Positions 30,306-39,931 of a stretch of 64,000 nucleotides of DNA are shown piece after piece. This stretch comes from Parcubacteria group bacterium GW2011_GWC1_45_14 (GTDB lineage: Bacteria; Patescibacteriota; Minisyncoccia; Moranbacterales; GWC2-37-73). The number at the start of each line of letters is the position of its first letter. Within the stretch, counting starts at the first letter, position 1. The position numbers and the translations under genes were made by a program. The notes under the pieces were generated by a model, which was not told the origin of the DNA, did no database searches, and was given only the letters and a program-made list of their open reading frames with translations. Location of the stretch: NCBI GenBank assembly GCA_001001345.1, contig LCKI01000001.1, positions 339 to 64,338 of the forward strand, given 5' to 3'.

Positions 30306-30755
30306 ATGGAACCGATAAAATCGAACTTGGAGCCGCTCGAGGAGAAGGATATCAACTTGGAACGGAAGCTCAAAAAAGAGGATGTGGGCGGATTGGGATT
30401 CGAAAGGGATGAAGATGTTTTCAGAGTTGAAAAAGAGGTTGCTAGTGAAAAGAGCGGCGCGGAGAAGGACGCCGCTTATTCCCAGATAATGTCCAAGTTG
30501 GGGGATGATACGCCCGGTAGCGGCATTTCCAATGATGATGTTTCCGGTGATGCCAAGGATGTCTCCCAAAGAACGGATGCTGAATCGCAGATAAGCCATC
30601 TCGTTGACATAGCAATGGTCAAGGGCGTCGTCCACGCCGTGAAGGTGGCTCAGCATATCGAGGATAATTACGTCCTGGATACGTTCCATGACAAGCTTAT
30701 GGCGGAGGATTTGCATGATGCGCTTGTCCATAAAGGATTACTGAAGAATATTTAG
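30306..30755 (+). CDS. Small acidic hypothetical protein (149 aa)
   Basis: operon context. Confidence 0.45.
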   Translation: MEPIKSNLEPLEEKDINLERKLKKEDVGGLGFERDEDVFRVEKEVASEKSGAEKDAAYSQIMSKLGDDTPGSGISNDDVSGDAKDVSQRTDAESQISHLVDIAMVKGVVHAVKVAQHIEDNYVLDTFHDKLMAEDLHDALVHKGLLKNI

Positions 30756-30788
30756 ACCGGGTTTAAAAAACAAAAATAAAAACAACAT

Positions 30789-33266
30789 ATGCCAACTTTC
30801 GATCTTAATCTGGTGCTGATGCCTCTTACCGTGGCTTTGGCCACCCTCTCTTTTTTGACGGGAGGATATTTGGTTTTGCGGAGTTTTTTTAATTTTCGCG
30901 CCCAAATCAACAGGTCCGTCAACATGGATCTCGAGATAATAAAGATCGCCAAGGTGTTTAAAAACAAGCAAGAACAGGAAGACCCGGAATCTTGGAAGGA
31001 TGAGATAGGGGCCATGGAACAGCTTTTGGGAACGCTTTCCAATATGAAGGACAAGAGCTCTTTTTTTGGCAGATTTCTCTATGGCGAGCCCCATGTAACC
31101 TTGGAATTGGCTCAACCCGCCAACAGCGAGGAGATCCTTTTCTATATGGCTATCCCTAAGAAATTCAGGGAAAGCATAGAGAAACAAGTACACAGTTATT
31201 TCCCGGAGGCTTCGATAGAGAAAGTTTCGGATTACACTATTTTTTCCCCGGGAAGCTTCACTGCCGCCGCCGTTTTGGGACTGAAAAACACTCACGCCTT
31301 GCCGGTTACGACATATGAAGATATGAACGTCGATCCTTTGAATGAGATTTCCAATGCTTTGAGTAAGTTGCATGATTTCGAGGAGGGAGCGGTCATTCAG
31401 TTGGTTCTTCGTCCAGCTGGGACTGCCTGGCGCAAGTTGGGTAGGGATATAGCTCATCGGATGCAACAAGGAAAGAGACTTAAGGACGCCCATGAGGAGT
31501 CATTTATTCTTAATGCTGGAAAAGAAACTATAAAGATATTGCAAAACAGGCCTACTGATTCCGGCTATGGAAACGAAGGGTCGGTCCAACTCACTCCAGA
31601 GGAACAGGAGTTAATTAAGGACATTGAGAGAAAAGCGAATAAAGTGGGATTCAATGTTAATATACGCATCTTGTCTTCCGCTAAGACCCAGCAGCGGGCT
31701 GATGACATCCTTTCCCATCTGGAAAACTCCTTCTCTCAATTTGAAAACGCGGAAGCTAACCATTTTGTTATAAAAACAAGAACCAAAAGCAAAAAAGTTG
31801 CATTCGATTATATATTTCGGAATTTTGATGAGGACAATTCGATGATCCTCAGTACGGAGGAAATAGCCAGTATCTTCCATTTCCCGATTTCCACCACTGA
31901 AACACCGAAGATAAAGTGGCTCAAGGCTGGGGCTGCTCCGCCTCCCCTTAATATACCCAAGGAAGGTTTGCTTTTGGGATACAATGATTATCGTGGGGTG
32001 AAAACAGATATAAGGATGACCGACAGCGATCGAAGGAGACATTTATATACCATAGGTCAGACCGGCGCAGGTAAATCAAATTTCCTGCAGGAGCTGGCCA
32101 AACAGGATGCGAGAAACGGGAAGGGTTTCTGCTTTATTGATCCGCACGGTGACGCCATTGAGGACATCCTCACGGCAATCCCCAAGGAGAGGGCGGAGGA
32201 TGTTATCGTGTTCGATCCTTCGGATATGGAGAGGCCGTTCGGCCTTAATATGTTGGAATATGATCCGGCCAATCCGCAGCAGAAAACTTTCGTGATCAAT
32301 GAGATGATCGGCATCTTTGACCAATTGTATGATTTGAAATCGACAGGAGGGCCGATGTTTGAGCAATATGTCAGGAATGCCATGCTCCTTATCATGGAGG
32401 ATCCAGATTCGGGTTCCACTTTGATGGAAATTTCTAAGGTTTTGGCTGACGAAGACTTCAGGCGGATGAAGCTTTCCAAGTGCGCCAATCCGGTTGTGAG
32501 GGATTTCTGGGTAAAGGAGGCGGAGAAAGCCGGAGGGGAAGCGGCACTGGCCAACATGGTCCCTTATATTACCTCCAAACTTACCACTTTTATTTCGAAC
32601 GACATGATGCGTCCGATAATAGCGCAGCAGAAAAGCACGCTCAATTTCCGCGAAATCATGGATGATGGCAAAATACTGCTCGTGAAGCTTTCCAAAGGAA
32701 AGATCGGGGAAATAAACGCGCACTTGCTGGGCATGGTCATCGTGGGAAAGATCCTAATGAACGCGCTGGCCAGGGTTGATATGGCGGAAGACGAGCGAAA
32801 GGATTTCTATCTTTATCTGGATGAATTCCAGAATGTCACCACGGAATCAATCTCCCAGATCCTTTCCGAAGCGAGGAAATACCGCCTGTGCCTCGTAATC
32901 GCGCACCAATTCATAGGACAACTTAGCGAGGACATATCCAAGGCGGTTTTTGGTAACGTGGGCTCGATGTGCGCATTCCGCGTGGGCCCGGAAGACGGGG
33001 AATTTTTGGAGAAACAGTTCGAGCCCATATTCAAAGCCAATGATCTGGTCAATGTCGACAATTACAATTGTTTCACCCGCATGCTTATAAACAACGAGCT
33101 TTCTAAGCCCTTTAGCATGAAGACGTTCCCTCCGACAGCCGGGGATCAGAAGGTTGCAAATTATCTCAAGGAGCTTTCCAGGTTGAAATACGGAAGGGAT
33201 GCCAAAATCGTGAATAGGGAAATAATCGAAAGGACCAAGCTCGCTGAAAAGATGAGAGACGCGTAG
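30789..33266 (+). CDS. Membrane-anchored FtsK/HerA-superfamily ATPase resembling type IV coupling protein (VirD4/TraG/TraD-like)
   Basis: two N-terminal TM helices; Walker A GQTGAGKSN; FIDPHGD; Walker B YLYLDEFQN; ARKYRLCLVIAHQFIGQL (RKYG...Q..QL TraG-D_C-like). Confidence 0.6.
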   Translation: MPTFDLNLVLMPLTVALATLSFLTGGYLVLRSFFNFRAQINRSVNMDLEIIKIAKVFKNKQEQEDPESWKDEIGAMEQLLGTLSNMKDKSSFFGRFLYGEPHVTLELAQPANSEEILFYMAIPKKFRESIEKQVHSYFPEASIEKVSDYTIFSPGSFTAAAVLGLKNTHALPVTTYEDMNVDPLNEISNALSKLHDFEEGAVIQLVLRPAGTAWRKLGRDIAHRMQQGKRLKDAHEESFILNAGKETIKILQNRPTDSGYGNEGSVQLTPEEQELIKDIERKANKVGFNVNIRILSSAKTQQRADDILSHLENSFSQFENAEANHFVIKTRTKSKKVAFDYIFRNFDEDNSMILSTEEIASIFHFPISTTETPKIKWLKAGAAPPPLNIPKEGLLLGYNDYRGVKTDIRMTDSDRRRHLYTIGQTGAGKSNFLQELAKQDARNGKGFCFIDPHGDAIEDILTAIPKERAEDVIVFDPSDMERPFGLNMLEYDPANPQQKTFVINEMIGIFDQLYDLKSTGGPMFEQYVRNAMLLIMEDPDSGSTLMEISKVLADEDFRRMKLSKCANPVVRDFWVKEAEKAGGEAALANMVPYITSKLTTFISNDMMRPIIAQQKSTLNFREIMDDGKILLVKLSKGKIGEINAHLLGMVIVGKILMNALARVDMAEDERKDFYLYLDEFQNVTTESISQILSEARKYRLCLVIAHQFIGQLSEDISKAVFGNVGSMCAFRVGPEDGEFLEKQFEPIFKANDLVNVDNYNCFTRMLINNELSKPFSMKTFPPTAGDQKVANYLKELSRLKYGRDAKIVNREIIERTKLAEKMRDA

Positions 33267-33395
33267 CAGGCTTATCGGTTTACCTTCTTTTGATTCTCAT
33301 TAGCTTGCTTTCCCTGCTTCTTTTTCGAAATAGAAAAAACTACCCTTGCAGAAAGGGTAGTTTTTTTATGGGTGGCAGTCAGGTATTTCTGATCC

Positions 33396-35723
33396 CTATA
33401 AGTCCATGGCATCTATTTCTCCAGGCAATATCAGGTAAGCCTTTCTCCTTTCTTCATCCACGGAGAATCCTTCGGCGTTCGCGATGGCTTCGTGGTGGTA
33501 TTGCTTGATTAGTTTGCCTTCCTTGTCGAATTGGATGAGTCTGGAGTTGGGTATATCCAAGACATATATGCCGTTCATGGTTATATCAGTGACGATATTC
33601 TCAAAGTTTATCGGGGTATGGGAATTTTCCAGTGAAAAGCCCGTATCCTTTCCTCTGAAAAGTTGCTTGATGCCATTTCCGGTGGCTAAATATACGTTGT
33701 CGTCAATAGTCATGTCCTTAATTGAGGATAGGTCGATTTCCTCCTTAAGCCAATCCGTTTTTTCTCCGAATCCGCCTTCCGCTCTCGGATAACGATATAT
33801 TTGGTCGTTTTTCGAGTCTAGCAGGTATACGTAGGTCAGGTAGGTGGATGCGAAATCGATCTGAGAATTTTCAGGGAGTGTTATCGTATTATCTTTCAGC
33901 TCCAAGGACACGGGGCTGAAGGAGATGACCTTGTCCTTATCAGTCAGAACAAGAATAAGGTTTAGGTCGCTCATGTAAGTGGCAAGTTTTCCTGGGCCAT
34001 ATTCTTGTGGCCAGGAGAAATCCCGAGCTTCGCTTCCATTTAGTACCGTTATTTTCCTCTCATCTACCGCATAAAGGGATCCTTCCAACGGAAAGGCGTC
34101 GATAACGCCGGAAATTTCACGTATTTTTTCTATTTGCTCAACGAAGGAGATGTTTTTTTCTTGCGAATATTTTTCATTGTCGGATATTTGCGTCATCGGA
34201 AGGGTTTCTATGGAAGTCGCTGGCTCTTTTTCAAAATTTATTTTAGAGAGCGCAAGTGGGACCGTCACGATGAGCAGCAGCGTCGAAAAAATAAAAAGCT
34301 TCTGTTTGAGGGTCATTGATGGCAAGAGTTTTTTTATTTTGGAGAAGCTCGGGAGAAGCTCGGAGAAACTGAAAGCATTCCTGTTGTCTTCTTGGCGGGA
34401 TATTTCCGCCTTGGCCAGGTTTATTTTTTCAAACAAACTCGACTCCGAAGCAATTTCTTCCGGGTTTTCCTTCGGAGCTGATTTTCTTTTGGGAGTAATT
34501 TCAGTCCGGGAAATTTTTTGTTCGGCTTGGAAAGAGTCCTCGCTTTCTCGGTATATTTCTTCCAAGGCCTCTTTTTTCTCCCTTCTTGATCGGTCAAATT
34601 CTTGCTTCTTTTTATCTACCGCCTCCTTTAACACGTCGAATTTTCCAGCATAATCGTATTCCGATATCCTGGATGAAATCCGTTTGGTTTTTTTCCAAAG
34701 AGATGATGACTGCTTGGCAAAAAATTCTTTCGCTCCATATGACAGGTCATATAACATCTCCTTGGCCATTTGCGTCCGTTCATGCATGGGACTGCTCGTC
34801 TCCTCATTTCCTTCATCCCCTTGGATATAGATGTGGCCGGTCTTCTTGTCCGTGTATTCTTTTTCGGCTTCCGCCAGATACTCCTCTATGGAAATATCTT
34901 CCGATTCTTCCATTGGAGAGGATGAAGACTTTCGGTTTTTTTTCGCGAAAGCCTTCTCGCTGAAAACGTTCAGATCTCTGGATGCATGAGTTGCTGGTTT
35001 TTCTCTTTTGGGGATGATCTTCCGGGGTTCGTCTATGTCTACCACTATGGTTCCGGCCAAATCCAATTCGTTGGTCAGCGCGGTCCTGAGGAATTGGGCG
35101 AATTTGTCCTTGTCGAACCGCTCGATGTTTTTTTCCAGATCTGCAACCGAAAGTATGTTGAAAAGATCGTCGGAAGTGATTATGAGTTTGTCGCTTTTTT
35201 CCAGTTTCCCGCTGGAAACGTTGATGAAGGTCTTCAGAGGGTGCGGCTCGGGCAATTCAGGAGCCAAGCCTTCGGTTATATCGGTAAGTGAGATGTTTCT
35301 GGAAAGCAATATCTTGGCATTTCCGGTCACGGTGAAGTGGATGTTGTTTTTTTCCAAAACACAGATAGCGGAATCAAGTTTCCCGAGCCAGTTTATATTC
35401 CCATGTTTGACCAACTCAGAGAGCGCTAAATTGACCTTGTGTAAAGCGGAATCGAAGCTTTCTTGGACCGGACGCTTGGGATTGAGATAATATTCTTTTT
35501 TGAGGACGGAGTTGAGGAAGTTGACCACGTAGGCTGAGTCCTCGCTGTACTCCCTTATTTCGAAAAATCCGACCAGTAGGCCCAGGGGCTGCTGGGTTAT
35601 GTTTTCAGGATGGTACTGAAAAATTTCAATATAAGGCTTAAGATTGGCGTTATTGACGACTAAAATGGGGGAAATTTCCTTTTCCATATTCATTGTATTC
35701 TTACTGCCAAGGAATCCTGGCAA
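33396..35723 (-). CDS. Hypothetical bitopic membrane protein: cytoplasmic N-terminal domain, one TM, large C-terminal extracytoplasmic domain
   Basis: 775-aa ORF, TM LFIFSTLLLIVTVPLAL mid-protein. Confidence 0.55.
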   Translation of the reverse strand: MPGFLGSKNTMNMEKEISPILVVNNANLKPYIEIFQYHPENITQQPLGLLVGFFEIREYSEDSAYVVNFLNSVLKKEYYLNPKRPVQESFDSALHKVNLALSELVKHGNINWLGKLDSAICVLEKNNIHFTVTGNAKILLSRNISLTDITEGLAPELPEPHPLKTFINVSSGKLEKSDKLIITSDDLFNILSVADLEKNIERFDKDKFAQFLRTALTNELDLAGTIVVDIDEPRKIIPKREKPATHASRDLNVFSEKAFAKKNRKSSSSPMEESEDISIEEYLAEAEKEYTDKKTGHIYIQGDEGNEETSSPMHERTQMAKEMLYDLSYGAKEFFAKQSSSLWKKTKRISSRISEYDYAGKFDVLKEAVDKKKQEFDRSRREKKEALEEIYRESEDSFQAEQKISRTEITPKRKSAPKENPEEIASESSLFEKINLAKAEISRQEDNRNAFSFSELLPSFSKIKKLLPSMTLKQKLFIFSTLLLIVTVPLALSKINFEKEPATSIETLPMTQISDNEKYSQEKNISFVEQIEKIREISGVIDAFPLEGSLYAVDERKITVLNGSEARDFSWPQEYGPGKLATYMSDLNLILVLTDKDKVISFSPVSLELKDNTITLPENSQIDFASTYLTYVYLLDSKNDQIYRYPRAEGGFGEKTDWLKEEIDLSSIKDMTIDDNVYLATGNGIKQLFRGKDTGFSLENSHTPINFENIVTDITMNGIYVLDIPNSRLIQFDKEGKLIKQYHHEAIANAEGFSVDEERRKAYLILPGEIDAMDL

Positions 35724-35876
35724 TAGAATGTGTTTTTGTCATTGTTTTTTCGAGGATATGTCTCTTGTATTATAACATATTTTCCATCGGGAATTCATCC
35801 TTTCGCTCTCTTGTCATTATATAATAATAATCATCCGAAGCCAAACGGAAAAATGATGCTTATTTGGAGCGAAATA

Positions 35877-35905
35877 TTTACTTTTTGCGCAAGGGGCTTT
35901 ATAAT
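35877..35905 (+). promoter_or_regulatory. Sigma70-like promoter TTTACT-17-TATAAT upstream of 35963 gene
   Basis: -35 35877-35882, -10 35900-35905. Confidence 0.4.
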
Positions 35906-35962
35906 GGCAACATGATGTGTTGAAAAAGGAGAAAAGTCTAATATTTATTAAATGAAAACGCT

Positions 35963-36568
35963 ATGTCTGAAATTCTAGAGACGCTATTCGGTTCCAAGGC
36001 CAAAACCAGGATATTGAGATTTTTTTTACTTAATCCCGATGTGGAATATTCGATTCTTGATATAGCGCAAAAAAACATGTTGACAGGGCCCCAGGTAAGG
36101 AAGGAGCTGAACGCTTTGAAAAAAATCAAATTTGTCACTGAAAAAAGCCGCAAAAACCAAAGACACTTCATCCTGAACAAGAATTTTCATTTCTATCCCG
36201 AGCTCAAGGGATTGATCGCCAAGTCCAATATCTATCCTCAGTGCAGGAGCCTGGGCAAAATAAAAGCGGTAGGGGATGTGAAACTTGCTCTGATAAGCGG
36301 AATCTTCCTTAACCATCAAAAGAGCAAGGTTGACATGATCTTGGTCATCAACAATGTCAGCAGGGGGAAGTTGAAGAATGTGATGAATAATCTCGAAGCG
36401 GAAGTGGGCAAGGAAGTCAGCTTCGTGCTGATGAACAGCGAAGAGTTCAAATACCGGCTCGACATGCTAGACAGGTTCTTGATGGAGTTCTTGGAGGGTC
36501 CTTATGATGAGATAGTGAACAAGATTCCCGGGCTCAAGCGGATCGTGATGGGTCTTAAGAAATACTGA
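35963..36568 (+). CDS. Putative winged-helix transcriptional regulator-like protein
   Basis: N-terminal KTRILRFFLLNPDVEYSILDIAQ wHTH-like. Confidence 0.45.
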   Translation: MSEILETLFGSKAKTRILRFFLLNPDVEYSILDIAQKNMLTGPQVRKELNALKKIKFVTEKSRKNQRHFILNKNFHFYPELKGLIAKSNIYPQCRSLGKIKAVGDVKLALISGIFLNHQKSKVDMILVINNVSRGKLKNVMNNLEAEVGKEVSFVLMNSEEFKYRLDMLDRFLMEFLEGPYDEIVNKIPGLKRIVMGLKKY

Positions 36569-36640
36569 TTGTCGAGCGAGTGATGACAACAAATCAGTGA
36601 GTGCCCATTTATTTTTTCAATTAATTTTCAAATATAGGAT

Positions 36641-37765
36641 ATGACTTTGACTTTTTTGATATCGATTTCGATACTTTTGCTGGCGGTAGTCCTATGGTTC
36701 GTTTTCGATTTGAAAAAGAGGGTCGTTTTGAGTACGGAAAATCGTGAGGAGCGCGACAGAATGGTGGCTATGCAGGAATCACTCCGGCATATCGTCGATG
36801 AAAACCGCGAGCTTCGCAAGGAGATAGATTCGAAGCTCTCCCAAACCCATCGCGCCGGTCAGGATCAGATGACCCAGACGATACGCACAGTACAAGGGAT
36901 TACCGAGCAATCCGCAAAACTTATCAGTAACGTCACGGAAAAACTGACGAAACTGGATGAAACCAACAGGCAAGTGGTTAATTTCTCCGCCCAACTCCAA
37001 AACCTTCAGGATATCTTGAAAAATCCCAAACAGCGAGGCGTTCTGGGCGAATATTTCCTGGAAGAAACACTCAAGAACGTGCTTGGTCCGAAATCGTACC
37101 AGATGCAATATAAGATGGGAAAGAGCGAACGGACCGAACAGGATCTGATAGTGGACGCGGTCGTTTTCGTCAAGGACAAGATAGTGCCCATAGATTCCAA
37201 GTTCTCCCTGGAGAATTATGAGAGGATTTTGAATTCCGCCGACAGTGCGGAGCGCGAAAAGTTCGAGAAATTGTTCAAGCAAGATTTGAAAAATCGCATC
37301 GACGAAACTTCGAAATACATCCGTCCTGAGATGGGGACTATGGATTTCGCTTTCATGTTTATACCGTCGGAGGCGATTTATTATGATTTATTGGTGAATA
37401 AGGTGGGTACTGGCCAGGTGAATACGCGGGATCTGATCGAATATGCCTTCCAGGAGAAAAAGGTCATCATCGTTTCCCCAACCTCTTTCTTGGCTTATCT
37501 GCAGACGGTTCTGCAGGGGCTCAGGGCCTTTCAAATAGAGGAGAGCGCCAAGGAGATCCGGACCAACGTCGGCAAGCTCCAGCAGCATATCGCGAAGTAC
37601 GACGAATATTTCAAGAAAATAGGGAACAGTCTGGGAACCACGGTGAACCATTATAATGCCGCCCACAAGGAATTTGAAAAAGTCGACAAGGATGTCGCAA
37701 GGATAACGGAAACCGACAAGGTGATCGAACCGCTCGCACTGGAAAGGCCGTATGAGAATATGTGA
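36641..37765 (+). CDS. rmuC: DNA recombination protein RmuC
   Basis: N-terminal TM, coiled coil, C-terminal RmuC domain (FAFMFIPSEAIYYDLL). Confidence 0.8.
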   Translation: MTLTFLISISILLLAVVLWFVFDLKKRVVLSTENREERDRMVAMQESLRHIVDENRELRKEIDSKLSQTHRAGQDQMTQTIRTVQGITEQSAKLISNVTEKLTKLDETNRQVVNFSAQLQNLQDILKNPKQRGVLGEYFLEETLKNVLGPKSYQMQYKMGKSERTEQDLIVDAVVFVKDKIVPIDSKFSLENYERILNSADSAEREKFEKLFKQDLKNRIDETSKYIRPEMGTMDFAFMFIPSEAIYYDLLVNKVGTGQVNTRDLIEYAFQEKKVIIVSPTSFLAYLQTVLQGLRAFQIEESAKEIRTNVGKLQQHIAKYDEYFKKIGNSLGTTVNHYNAAHKEFEKVDKDVARITETDKVIEPLALERPYENM

Positions 37766-37786
37766 CCGATGTCTCGGATGTTTTAA

Positions 37787-38182
37787 ATGTGCCCCGGATA
37801 TTTTATTAGGCTGAAAATGAAAATAAAATCATTCATAACGCAGGAATTTTTCAGAAATGCTATCGTCCATTGGGTGTCGATAGCTTCTTTTCTAATCAAC
37901 GGCGTCTGTTGGGGCGCGCTCGTGTTTTTCATCAGACCTGTTGATTTTCCCATCATATTGCATTATAATGTCTACTTCGGGGTGGATATTATAGGTGCCT
38001 GGTGGCAGGCGTATTTCCTACCCTTGATAGCATTAGCCGTGATGGCTGTTAATATGGTTTTGGCTTATTATTTTTATAAGCACGGGGAAAGGATGATTTC
38101 ATATATATTGCTGCTGGCCGCGTTTTTAGTCCAAATTAGCGGCGCAATAGCTATAGGAGGTATAATAAGGATAAATTACTAA
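37787..38182 (+). CDS. Small polytopic membrane protein upstream of GT2
   Basis: hydrophobic 131-aa ORF. Confidence 0.4.
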   Translation: MCPGYFIRLKMKIKSFITQEFFRNAIVHWVSIASFLINGVCWGALVFFIRPVDFPIILHYNVYFGVDIIGAWWQAYFLPLIALAVMAVNMVLAYYFYKHGERMISYILLLAAFLVQISGAIAIGGIIRINY

Positions 38183-38184
38183 AA

Positions 38185-39867
38185 ATGTTCAAATTTCCAG
38201 ATCCAAAAACTAAAGACCCCAAACAATGGAAGATCCAGCGAAGATTGGAAGTGATTCCTGGAATCTTAACCTGGCTGACTATCCTGGGGATGTTTTTCCT
38301 CTCATTCGTTGTTCCGGTATGGGTAGCCGTATTTATCATAGCCTTTGACGTCTATTGGATTTATCGGACGATTTTCATTACTACTTATTCCGTAGTGGCT
38401 TATAGGAAATTCCAGGAAGGAAAAAGCACTGATTGGTGGGAGAGGTGTCAGAACATCGTCGATCCGACTAAATACGCCAGGGACATTTCCGCCAGGATTT
38501 TGCAGATGGAGGGACAGCTCAAGGAAGGATTGCGTTTCGGAGAAAAAAGGAAGGTCAGGAAGGAGATAAGGAGGCAAAAAAAATTCCTTCAGACCGTCAG
38601 GGAGATAGAGAAAAACAAGGACCAAATTTGGGACTGGAGAAAGATCGTGCATGTCGTGATGCTTCCGACGGCCAACGAGCCGGCCGAGGTCATCGAACCG
38701 GCCATCCAAGCCATCGCCGACAGCAATTTCCCGAACCAACAAATCATCATTCTGTTGGCTACCGAGGAAAGGGAGAATGAGAAGCAAAGGACGGAAAAGG
38801 TGGAGTTTCTCAAAAACAGGTTCAAGGGCGTTTTTAGGGATTTTCTGGTGACGACCCACGAGGTCGCGGCGGGAGAACTAAAGTGCAAAGCTTCAAACGC
38901 CACTTATGCGGCCAAGAAATTGCAGGCATATTTGGACGAAAGGAGTATAGACTATAAAAAAGTCGTCTTTTCTAATTTCGATTGCGACAGTGTTTGTCAT
39001 CCGCAATATTTCGCCGCGCTTACCTATGAATATATAACCGATCCCAAAAGACTCCAGCGCTCATACCAGCCCCTTCCCATGTATCACAATAACCTCTGGG
39101 ACACGAACGCGTTCGTGCGCGTCATCGTGACCAGTTCCTCTTTCTGGCACATGTATCAAAGCACCAGAATAGAAATGGTGACTTTTTCGTCGCATAGCGA
39201 ACCATTCGACACTTTGGTCAAAGTGGATTTTTGGCCGGTGAACGTGATAAGCGAAGACTCCATAATCTATTGGAAATGCTACTCCTATTACCATGGGGAT
39301 TATATGGTAAAACCGATTTACCTGCCGATTTCCCTAGATGCCGTGTTGGCTCACACTTACTGGCAGACGATCAAGAACCAATATAAGCAGAAAAGGCGCT
39401 GGGCATATGGAATCGAGAATTTCCCAATGATCATGAGGGCCATCTGGCCTGATAAAAAAATCAAGCTTTCGAAAAAGCTGGGAATCGCTTCTGAGATGCT
39501 CGAAGGGCATCATTCCTGGGCGACATCATCTTTCATTCTGGCTATTCTCGGTTGGCTTCCTCTTATTTTCGGGGGAGCGGCCTTCAATCAAAGCGTGATC
39601 GCCCACAATCTTCCATTCGTCACGAGGTATCTTATGATGTTGGCCATGGGAGGACTCATCGTTTCGATGTTCCTCAGTTTCTTCCTCCTTCCGCCGCGTC
39701 CAGCCAAATATTCCAAAAAGAGATATATCTATATGTTCTTGCAATGGTTCTTGGTTCCGGTCATAGCCCCAACACTGGGAGCTATGCCCGCGATCGATTC
39801 TCAAACCAGGATATTGTTCAAGAAATACTTCGGGGAATTCTGGGTTACTGACAAGATCAGGAAGTAG
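38185..39867 (+). CDS. Membrane glycosyltransferase family 2, processive type with QxxRW motif
   Basis: DxD-like FDCDS, KQKRRWAYG (QxxRW), flanking TM helices. Confidence 0.75.
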   Translation: MFKFPDPKTKDPKQWKIQRRLEVIPGILTWLTILGMFFLSFVVPVWVAVFIIAFDVYWIYRTIFITTYSVVAYRKFQEGKSTDWWERCQNIVDPTKYARDISARILQMEGQLKEGLRFGEKRKVRKEIRRQKKFLQTVREIEKNKDQIWDWRKIVHVVMLPTANEPAEVIEPAIQAIADSNFPNQQIIILLATEERENEKQRTEKVEFLKNRFKGVFRDFLVTTHEVAAGELKCKASNATYAAKKLQAYLDERSIDYKKVVFSNFDCDSVCHPQYFAALTYEYITDPKRLQRSYQPLPMYHNNLWDTNAFVRVIVTSSSFWHMYQSTRIEMVTFSSHSEPFDTLVKVDFWPVNVISEDSIIYWKCYSYYHGDYMVKPIYLPISLDAVLAHTYWQTIKNQYKQKRRWAYGIENFPMIMRAIWPDKKIKLSKKLGIASEMLEGHHSWATSSFILAILGWLPLIFGGAAFNQSVIAHNLPFVTRYLMMLAMGGLIVSMFLSFFLLPPRPAKYSKKRYIYMFLQWFLVPVIAPTLGAMPAIDSQTRILFKKYFGEFWVTDKIRK

Positions 39868-39931
39868 CGGCCGGCTTGAATCATCCCGCACTTAGGCGAA
39901 AATCCGATATTAATATTCGCGGATAAATCCA

